From: the human T2T-CHM13v2.0 reference genome, Homo sapiens | Assembly (NCBI RefSeq): GCF_009914755.1 | Contig: NC_060927.1 | Strand: one strand, 5' to 3' | Length of the DNA stretch: 64,000 nt | Shown: in pieces, positions 12,926 to 25,060 of the stretch | Numbering within the stretch: the first letter of the stretch is position 1 | Layout of the letters: every line of letters starts with the position of its first letter | The notes under the pieces: model-generated | Told to the model about the DNA's origin: nothing | What the model saw: the letters and a program-made list of their open reading frames with translations, nothing else | Database searches by the model: none | Position numbers and translations under genes: made by a program

Positions 12926-14934
12926 TTTTGGATGTATTTCTTCCAATAGTATATAACTGGATTTATTCTTAACCAATCTGATATTTGTCTTTTAAATGAT
13001 GAGTTTATTTCAGTTTTATTTATTCTGATTGCTAGTAATTTTAGATTTATTTCCATTATCTCAGTTTGTGCTTTATATACAGTTTGCTTTTTTATTCCTA
13101 CTTTCTATTGTACTGATTAATTTTCATTAATCCCCTTTTTTTCTTCTGCTTATCTAGCAGTGGTCAACTTTAACAGTTTAAAGCATGGTTGATTTGACAA
13201 CATCTAAAATTATTCAATATTTCTGCTTGCTTTCGGAATGGTACCAGGGCATTAGAAAACTTTCAGCTTTCCAACTCCCATCTTAAATGCTGTTATTCAA
13301 CATTTTAGTGTTACCTTGTTTTTAGAAACACTAATGATTTACCCACATGTTTACCATTGGGTAAACAAGTAAACTTTCCTCTAACTTTGCTTTTCTGAAT
13401 TATTTCCTTCATTCCTGAAATAGTTCCTTTAGTAAATCTCTTAGAGATAGTGTCTTAGTGGTAAATTCCCTCAGTCTTACTTTAAAATGTCTTTACAACT
13501 TTTTTTTTTGCTCTTAGTCTTGAATACAAATTTATCTGGATATAGAAATTTAGGTATATACAATTTTAGAATTAAAAATTTTATATATAATTTTATTTTC
13601 TTTCTATATGTACATCTTGCTGCTGAGAAGTCTAGTTGTCATTTCATGTGAGCAACTTCTCATTTCTGTCTGATAACTTTAAAGATTTTTTTCCCCCTAT
13701 CTTTGGTGTCCTTTAGTTTCATTATGATTTGTCTAGTTAGGAATTTTTTTTTTGTTTATTCTGCTCAGGACTTCTTAAATCTGCTTCTTGAATCTGAATA
13801 ATTCATTTGTTCGTCAGTTCAGAAATTTATCTGCCATTGTTTCTTTAAGTATTCCTTATCCACCCATTCCTTCCATTATTTTCTCTTAAGTATTAAATAA
13901 ATTATGCATCACCCATATTTCTCAATGGTTTTTAAGATTTTATGTCTCTTTGCTTTTCTGTGTTACATTATAGTTAATTTTGAAAAATTAATTCAAAGTT
14001 CAGTAGATCACTCTTCAAGCATTTTAATCTCTTAAACCTATTCATTTAGTTTTTAATTTCAATGTCTTTTTAAAATTTTTCCTGTTCTATGTGGTTCTCT
14101 CTGAAATCTATAGATTCTTTTTATAGTGTCTTCCTTTATTATTTAAAATACTGATATCTAAAAGTGTTTCTTTGATAGTTCTATAATAGGGGTCTAATGT
14201 TGTTTTGGGAATTCTGTGGACTTTGTGTGCCTCTTGCATTTTCTTCCCTCTAATGTTCCCAGGGTATTATCTACTTATAACTGCTTTTTTCAGTTGAGTT
14301 CTTGGCTTGGGAGATCTGAGATTATTCAAGTAGCATAAATTTGAATTTGAAATCCATATGAGTGAAGGCCTATGATAAGAATTCTGAGGGGAAATTATTT
14401 TGTCTTACTCACTCCACCCAAGCCAAGAGTGGCAAGCATCCTTGTTCTCCTCTAGGACAGTGAGTAAACTTTTCCTTTCCTCTATTCTTTCAATGAAGGT
14501 GTTGCAATTTAAAGCTTCAGATTTATGCAGTTGTCTTAGTTCCAACTTTCTTCCTTGTATTCATTTAAAATTTTGTTTCCAACCTGCGTATCTATTAAAA
14601 TTCAAGTCATTATGTTTCCCAGATTGGGGAATCAATCCCTGCAATGTAAGCTCCCAGATTCATCATTCTGGCTTTTTGTACCTCTTTGTTTCTATGCTCT
14701 TGGGGATACTTCTTATGGTTCTGCAATACATTCACAAGCAGCTATTTCACATATTATTGAATTTTTCTAGATGTTTTTATTAAGAGTTGTGTGGGTTATT
14801 TTGTCTATAATATTGGCACAAATGAAAGGGTTTTTTTTTTACTATTTATTTTCCCTTTGAGATATGATACAATGACATTTTTTAGCCAAAAAGTGCTTAT
14901 CTTTTAATCAAGGTTCAATTCATTCATATTTCTT

Positions 14935-15303
<369 letters not shown>

Positions 15304-15869
15304 CAATTCATTCATATTTCTTATTGGAAGTGATTTCTGTAATTTCTTATAAATTTTTATTGCTTAAATAGTAACTTTCTTTCTATTTGTGTTTTTTCAA
15401 TTTTTTTCATTCTTTCTTTCTTTTGTTTTTTTTAATAGGGGTTGGGATTGGGCTCTGTATGGTGGCAGGTCCCTGGCTGTAGTCACCCTACAGCCTGGCT
15501 TTTAAAAACAATAAATAAATAAAATAATTTTTAAAATAGGAGTTATATTTTGTTTTTATTTTCTCTAGTATTTTCAAAGGTATATATATATTTACTCAGA
15601 GTATAATTTTAAAAGCCTTTAAGTATTTGAAGCCATTTTTAAACCAAGTTTAGCTATTTTAAATCAGTATTTCTAAGAGTCTCAATTCCTCCTAAGTAAA
15701 CAAGGAATGTCAGATAGCTTTCCACTTCTTCTCCTTCTCCCCATATTCCTCTTCTCTTTGGTCCTAATTAATGTAATTTAAAGTATTGGATCTAGGCTTT
15801 AGTAATTAAAATTTTAACAATATGAATGTTCTTTATTGAGATTACTTTTTACATTTTATTTTAATTGAA

Positions 15870-17935
<2,066 letters not shown>

Positions 17936-20326
17936 TTTTAAAAAAACATTAAAAGCAGTCTGTAAATATTTAGACATCTATTTCAATTGATTTTATTGCT
18001 TGACACCAAATTTCATCTCTTTATCAATTGGAATATATTTTTAAGTAAATTTTTTTCTAAAGTGTTGCAAATTTTCTGAGACCCGAAAATGTTTGTTTCT
18101 TTCAACTTGCTGGATTTATATATATTTTGTGTTACAAATTTTCCCTCTTAAAAACTCTATTGCTAAAAAAACCCAAGCGAAACCAACAAACAAAACCAAG
18201 CAAAACCCAAACTCTATAGCTCTTGCTTCATTTTTTCCCTAGAATTTAGTGTTCTGAAATTAATGATATTTAGTCCACTGTAGGTATCCTGTTTTCCTAT
18301 GTGGCCATGAATGTGTCTGTTTGTGTGTGTTCTTGAATAGATGTAAAATTTCTTTTAAAAAATCCATATGGTTCAAAAACATTTTCTAGATGTGACGATA
18401 TATCGTCTTTACTCAGCTAAGAAAAATTTTATGCTTTCATAGCTTTGTCATTACTTTCATGGCATTTGTACTGGTCTCTTTTTAAAGAACTCTGAACTCT
18501 TCTCAGAACTCTTTTGGGGACCCTTTAAGGTCCCCAGCACCTTGCAAGCAACTAGCACAATTTTATATAAGTTGGTTCCCCATTTTCTATCTTCTGTTTG
18601 TTTTGTATTCTCTGTTTCCGTTTTTCTTTTTTGTTCATGTTGTATGCATTTTTGGGAAGCTTCTCGAGTTTATCTTTCATATCATCCATTCAATGTTCAG
18701 CAGCAACAAATGTACTCTTGACTGACACACCAATGTGGAGTTGAATTCTGACACTGCATTTTTGCTTCCTTAAAACACTTCCTATCCCTTTCTCCTCCCC
18801 TCTTCTTTTATTCTGTTGTCTTTTCTGTTTAACCTGTTTCTCATAAGTTTGTTTCTCTATATTCGAATTTATGTCTTCATGTGTGCCAAGAAATTTCCTG
18901 AAAATGTCTCTAGACTCTGCAGAACTTCATTTTCAAAAGGATGCTCCTCATCTGGGTCTTGAAGGTGCTGCTCCTGGTTTTGCAGTGTTGTAATAGGTCC
19001 CTGAGGTGTCCTGACTTCTCTTCACTCCTCCTTGAGAAGGGAAAGACTCATTAATTCTCAGTGTATTTTGGTAGGCAGGATGAGTGGGTTGGCCTTCAAT
19101 CCTCTAGCTGTCTACTTGCTTGATCGCTGAATCGCCTTTATAAACCTACAGCAATGCTTAATTGCCAGTTGCCAACAGGCTTCATCTAGTGTATGTCTTC
19201 TTTACTGAGGTAGCATCTTTCTCCAACCACCATCCCAATTCTCTGGTGCTCTGACATGCTGTATCCCAGGAAAAACTCTAGTCAGCAGGCTGTACTGTCA
19301 CAGTACAGTCATTAATGTGACTGCTCCAGCCTCTTGACTGTTTTTTACCTGAAGAATGCATTGTGTCTTCATCAGCCCATCCATCTATCCAGTTGTGTAT
19401 TTCATTTTTAAGCTATTCTAGATGTGGAAGACACTAAGGAAGGGAAGAGGATGATCAGGAAAACTGTTCTTTGCTTGGCTTGAAACTGAACAATGGTGAT
19501 GATAGATATTTACTCCATTCTCTGGTTAGTAGAGATCCTGAGTGTCTGAGTCAAGTATCGACAGAGAGGGAATTACAAAATGCCTTCCTAGCTATGTCTT
19601 TAAAGCAGCTTCTCTTTTAAAAAAGAGAACTTGGCATATGTCATACATACGCTTGACAGATTTTTCTCAATCCAGCTTGATGTACCTTATAAGTATTGTC
19701 AGTTTCTTCCACATCCTGGCAATTAGGTTGTCTATCAGTGTTTGTTCACCTTGTTTTATAATTCTTCATATTTGTCTGGATTTGCTGAGGTATTTTCCTG
19801 AGAAGCAAGGAGAGGCTTGTTGAAGGCCTCTAGCTAGAGACCATTTTGGATGAAAAGTCCCATCATACATTTAATTTTTTTACCATCTCCATTGGGAGAC
19901 CATGAGATCCTTAAAGGGAGGGACTGGGTCCCAGCCATCACTGGGTCCCTAGCACTTCACAGACAACTGGCACAGAATTGCTGCTGAATAAATGTTGGAA
20001 GAAAGAACAAAATAGGGAAAGGAAGTTTTTTGTTATTTGCCTGTTACCCATATTAAAGTGTTTCAAATAAATCTTAAAGGTTCCACCTGCCTCTCAAAAA
20101 ATAATTGATGAAAATATGTCCTGCAGCTTAAGAATCTAATTAAAGGTCACCTGGGTCATGGAGTGTGTAACTGAACCTTTTATTTATGCGGTAAAGCAGT
20201 ATTTCAAAGGGAAAGGATAGGATGGGGCAACAAAATCTTCTCATGTACAAGATATGCAAGTGACATACACAGGATGGATGCTATTTGTGTACCTTTTCCA
20301 CTAATAAGTAGTGAATGAAAAAAGGT

Positions 20327-20339
20327 TATATATATATAT

Positions 20340-20380
<41 letters not shown>

Positions 20381-20393
20381 CACACACACATAT
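20327..20393. repeat. Compound (TA)n(CA)n microsatellite
   Basis: direct reading. Confidence 0.95.
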
Positions 20394-21309
20394 GATGTGG
20401 GTTATAAGTGAGGAGGAAAATTCTAATAGAATAGCTTTATATTGGGTAGAATTATCAAGGGAAATTGTGCAATTGCTTTCACTAGAAATGCTTTCCAAAC
20501 ATTTAGACACAAAACTGTTTAGAGGTAGGGAGTGAACTGGTTGACTGCCCCAAAGCCTTCTAGTCAGATGGGCCTCTGAGTCTTAGCAAAAGAGTTCAGT
20601 CACCCTTGGGTGCCTGAGAGCCCTCAGCTGCTGGCCTTAGCAGCAAGCATCTGTCACTTTGAAGGAGTGATTTAGTGATATCAAATAGCTGAGTGATTAA
20701 TCAAGAAAATAAGTGAGGATTTCACATCAGACAGAAAAAAAATTGCCAAGGAGATGCTCTAGGGGAAAAGAGGCACCCAGGCTTGGAATCCCAAACCAAT
20801 GGTGCCTTCAGGGATATTTACAAATCATAACCCATTGCTAGAGAAAGATCAATGTTCTGCAAAGCTAAATTAATATTTAACTTGCTCAAGAAAAGTCAAT
20901 ACCTTGAGTTATTAGGGAAATTAACAAGCAGCCCTAAACTGACACTATTCTTGCCTGAGCCATCAGCATGTTCTAGAAGTCATCAATGAGTTAATGTTCC
21001 CTACACCACCCAATCAAATCCTCTCCTTGAATTCCTCTTACTCTTCCCCTCCCTCCTTCTTTTCCTGCTGAAGAACAGTTCCTTCAAAAAAAAAAAAAAA
21101 CCTGATATAGATGCCCAGTAAAAAAGATAAAAAAGCTACTGGAGCAGAGGTGAGGTCTGAAGCCCCAGTTCCTTGGCCACTTTCATGAGCATCCCCTGAG
21201 GAGGCCTCAGGGCAGTTGTAAGCTCTTGGACCAAGAACAGCAGCTTCCAAGCCTCATCATGCAGCAGAGTCAATTGGGGAGGGGAGGATATGAAATCACA
21301 TTCATGGGC

Positions 21310-21688
21310 TGTATTAGTCTGTTCTTACGCTGCTAATACAGATATACCTGGGACTGGGTAATTTATAAACGAAAGAGGTTTAATTGACTCACAGTTCCAC
21401 ATGGCTGGGGAGGCCTCACAATCATGACGGAAAGCAAAGGGGAAGCAAGACACATCTCACATGGCAGCAAGCAAGAGAGAGCGTGTGTGTGTGTGCAGGG
21501 GGGACCTCCCCTTTATCAAACCATCAGATCTCATGAGACTTATTCACTATCACAAGAATAGCATGGGAACCCCCCACCCCACCCCGTGATTCAATTACCT
21601 TCCACCAGGTCCCGCTTACGACACGTGGGAATTATGGAAGCTACAATTCAAGATGAGATTTGTGTGTGGACACAGCCAAACCATATCA
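21310..21688 (-). mobile_element. THE1 (THE1B-like) MaLR solo LTR
   Basis: tgtattagtc...ggctggggaggcctcacaatcatg...cacagccaaaccatatca; 5-bp TSD tgggc/cgggc. Confidence 0.93.
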
Positions 21689-22379
21689 CGGGCCTACCTC
21701 ATCCCTACTGACAGGCCTAGGGATCAGTATTTTTAGAGGGCCTAGTTGGTGATGTTGCTGTATTTATCCTGGCACAAGTTCAAAGTCCCTAGCTGGGTTC
21801 TACTTGAAATCCCTGTACTTGGTGGGCTCCAAGCGCACTCCCAGGTGTGACATTCTGCAGTTAGTTGGATAATGGTCATTTATACCTTCAGCCATGTCTG
21901 ACAGAGCCATTCAGTACCCACAGAAATATAACATGAGGGTATCAGGAAGAGGGACAGAAGAAAAGGCTTCCTGGGAGAGGTGGGATTTGGGTAGGAATAG
22001 AGGTCAGGAAATTCAATTCAACTCATTTTAGTTGTGCAAGTAAACATCCAGTACAGTGTTTGTGGCGGAAGGTGCTCAGTAAACAGAAGGTCTTCCCAGC
22101 ATGTCTAACTAGCCGCTGTCACTCTCTTGCTGCTTCCTGCTTTGTGATTCTTCAGAGCTCTCCTCAGCACCTGACATGCCACTGCCTATTTGCTTATTAT
22201 TGCCGCCCTTCCAGCACATGGTAAGACCCCTCAGAGAAGGGCTGTCTACTGTGTTCCCACAGCTAGAACAGGGCCTGCCTGAATACGTGGGTGAGCACAT
22301 GACTGGCCTGGGTGTGGTTGTGGAGATGGCAAGAGGATACCCTAGGCCCAGAGAAAGACCAGCAGGGCCTGGGCTGAGA

Positions 22380-23100
22380 AGGCAGGTTTCAGAGAGCTTA
22401 CAAAGCAGTCTGAATGTCATGCTAGAGTGGTCAGTCTCTCTTCAGCAGACAGTGAGGAGCCACTAGGTTGCTATGCAGGGAAGAGACAAGATCAAGGTTG
22501 GCTTGAGAAGGATGAGTTTGGCAGCAGAGTTTGGAGGGATTAAGGGGAGGGAGGGAAGCTGGACTGTCATTCAGAGACTCTCCAGTTGTCCAGGGGAAGG
22601 TAGTATGGGTTTACACTGGGTCAGATGCACAGGCATAGGACAAGGGCATAAGGAGGAGGACATGGCAGAGCCGGGGCTTTGCCAGACATGCCTACCAAGT
22701 GACTGTGATATAGTGAAAGGGGGAGGGAAGAGTGTGAAACTCACCCATCCATCCATCCACCTGTCCATCCATGAGGGGATGGCTGGGGGTAAAAAAGCAA
22801 GTGAAGCTGCCAAGGAGTTGCCCATGTACCCCAGGAGGACGAACTCCAAGGATGGAGTTTGGGGGATACCTCTCTTGAAAGCTGAAGAGGTAACAGAGGG
22901 AACAGTAAGAAGTGGCAAGACGGGTAGGAGGAGAAGCAGGACCATGGAAACTGGGGCCAGAGCCCCAAAAGATCTACTGGACACCAATGTCAGCAGGTGC
23001 TGACGGTGCAGGAGGATGACAGCTAACTAGGAGCAGGTTGTTGCCCAGGGTGACATCAGGTGGCTCCAGGGACATCACGACACAGCTGGTGGTGTGGAGG
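22380..23100 (-). mobile_element. L2 fragments (decayed)
   Basis: purine-rich antisense L2-like motifs (gaggagccact...gcaggg, gctgaagagg, accatggaa). Confidence 0.45.
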
Positions 23101-24009
23101 CGTAGAGGGCAGCTAACATGGCATTAAGGTGGATGATGAGAAGGTGGAGGTTGATGACATCTTCCCTTCAGGCACAGAGGTGGGGTAGGAGGGAGGGGAG
23201 GGGAGGGGCGGAGGAAGGCAGCCTGAGTCAGAGCCAGGGAAGGAAAGAATTGTCAGGATTGGGGGACTTGAGTCTGGCTGTGGTGGAGAGGAAGAAGTCC
23301 CAGCAAAGGAGAGACTAGACACGCAGAGGTGGGGGGTGTGGGGAACTGATTTAGAAAAGCCCAGAAAGGAGAGTCATCCCAAAGGGAAATATCGCATCTG
23401 CCCACTGTTAGCTCATTAACAGACCAGGGGAAAGGATTGGTGCCTCCAAGGTGAGAGGCGTAGGAGGAGGGGTGGGGAACCTAACGGGTCATCCCTGACC
23501 CTGTAGGACCAGACTATCATCAGGTATGTAGGGGGGGCGGGAGAGGAGGGAAGGACACATCTCCAGCATAACATATAACAGCCTCAAGGTGAGTTTCTGA
23601 TTTAGAACCCTTGACCATCTCCAGAAACAGGAAGATAAAGTGTAGCTGTGAGAGCTGAGCCTGGGAGAATTGCTCCTATCTCCAAGGCTGCATCCCCAGT
23701 TGCTGCCTAAGTCCTTCCCACCCACACTGAAGGCCTGGCCCACAGCAACAGTGCACCTCGCCTTGCACCGGCCTGGGAGAGCCCTCTTGCAGGCTTTGCT
23801 GTTTTATAGCTGACTGTGTGACTCCTGGTCTCCCCACGCTGAGCTGTCCTCTGGGGTCAGGGCCCTCTGTGGAAGTTCACAATGAACTGGGAAGTGAACA
23901 CCAAAGGCAACCAGAGGCTTCTGCAGAAAAAGAACTGCGAAACGTTGGACAGGAAGCAAGTCCGGTTCCCTGTGGACCCTGGAGCAAGTGCCCACAGGTT
24001 ATCTGAACA

Positions 24010-24260
24010 GTATTCATTCTTTCGACGGACATGTACTATGCCTCCCGCAGGCCAGGCACTGTTCTGTGAACTGTGGATTCTGTAGTGAACAAAATAGACA
24101 AGAATCCGAAAATGGTGACCCCATTTTAATGAGGGAGAGACCCCACGATAAACAAAATCGATTAGTAAATACCAACCCATGCTAGAGAGTGAAGAGCTCT
24201 GGAGGAGAGGCACGGGTGCGCCCCTGGAGTTGCTCTAAACAGGGTAGGCAGGGTGCTCTT
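24010..24260 (-). mobile_element. L2 3' end at the CpG-island shore
   Basis: tattcattct...gccaggcactgttct...gtgaacaaaatagaca. Confidence 0.6.
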
Positions 24261-24526
24261 GTCACAGAGAAGATGAACGAAGGCTCGTTTGATCATTTAA
24301 AGCGGATCCAGTCCTGGGTGGGATGTAAGGGCACGAGGCCTCCCCAGCTCCTTCGCTGGGCACCCTATGTGGGGACAGGGTGAGTTGGGCGGGCCGCTGC
24401 GGTTCTCCGAGAGCACCACGAGGGGGAGCCCGGACCCCTCCTAGCGCCTTCCGAGCCCTCCCGCACAGCCTTGCAAGCAAAAGTTTTTCTTAAACTAACA
24501 ATGCCAGTGTAAGGAGGTGCTCGCGC

Positions 24527-24635
24527 CTGATTGGCCGGGGGAATTTTGCAGGTTTGATTCCTTGATTGGACAGGAGGTGTTAGGGGTGGGGAGAGAGCTG
24601 ATGGTGGGGGATCCCGCTCCCTCCCGCGTCAGTCT
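24527..24635 (+). promoter_or_regulatory. EPHB1: TATA-less core promoter: two inverted CCAAT boxes (ATTGG 24530-24534, 24565-24569), GGGGTGGGG Sp/KLF box (24583-24591), Inr TCAGTCT (24629-24635)
   Basis: motif matches in a typical NF-Y/Sp/Inr arrangement upstream of exon 1. Confidence 0.7.
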
Positions 24636-25002
24636 GGCCGGCTCCGTCCTCCCGTAGGCTCCGCTGTAGCTAGCAATGTGACACCAGGACGCACTCGCTC
24701 TCGCGCGCTCTCCCAGGCTCGTTCTCCCTCGCCCTCTCTCTCTCACACACGCACGCACACACCCACCTCTCCCATAAACACACACACACACATGCACACC
24801 CACACCCACGCGCGCCCGCACCGCCCCACGCGCACACACTCCTGCCCACGCCCACGCAGCGCTCCGGGAAGTCCGGTCCGGGCGAGAGCGCGAAAGGATA
24901 CCGAGAAGCCACCCGCGGAGAGCGCAGCGGCGCCCTGGGACGCGGCGCTCTCCCGGCGCTGCTGCCTCGGCTTGGTCTCGGCCTGCGGGCCGTCGGCCGG
25001 CG
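24631..25002 (+). other. EPHB1: EPHB1 5'UTR (exon 1), containing (CT)n/(CA)n tracts and two upstream ATGs
   Basis: lies between the Inr-like element and the start codon; exact TSS inferred. Confidence 0.7.
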
Positions 25003-25060
25003 ATGGCCCTGGATTATCTACTACTGCTCCTCCTGGCATCCGCAGTGGCTGCGATGGAAG
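25003..25060 (+). CDS. EPHB1: EPHB1 (ephrin type-B receptor 1) coding exon 1, signal peptide
   Basis: MALDYLLLLLLASAVAAME matches the EphB1 N-terminus; Kozak gcgATGg; donor AAG|GTAACG at 25061, phase 1. Confidence 0.97.

Larger units (their letters stand above)
8690..14300 (-). mobile_element. Highly decayed old L1M (L1MC/L1ME-type) fragments hosting several younger insertions
   Basis: T-rich antisense L1 motifs (tcttcaaaattgtc, cctattgagatgatcata, gtcagagaatatgatctg, tgctgagaagtct); boundaries approximate. Confidence 0.65.

Noticed and set aside
22109-23003. 96-176 aa ORFs upstream of the promoter
   Set aside because: They overlap decayed L2 sequence, with no splice structure or protein family I can recognise.
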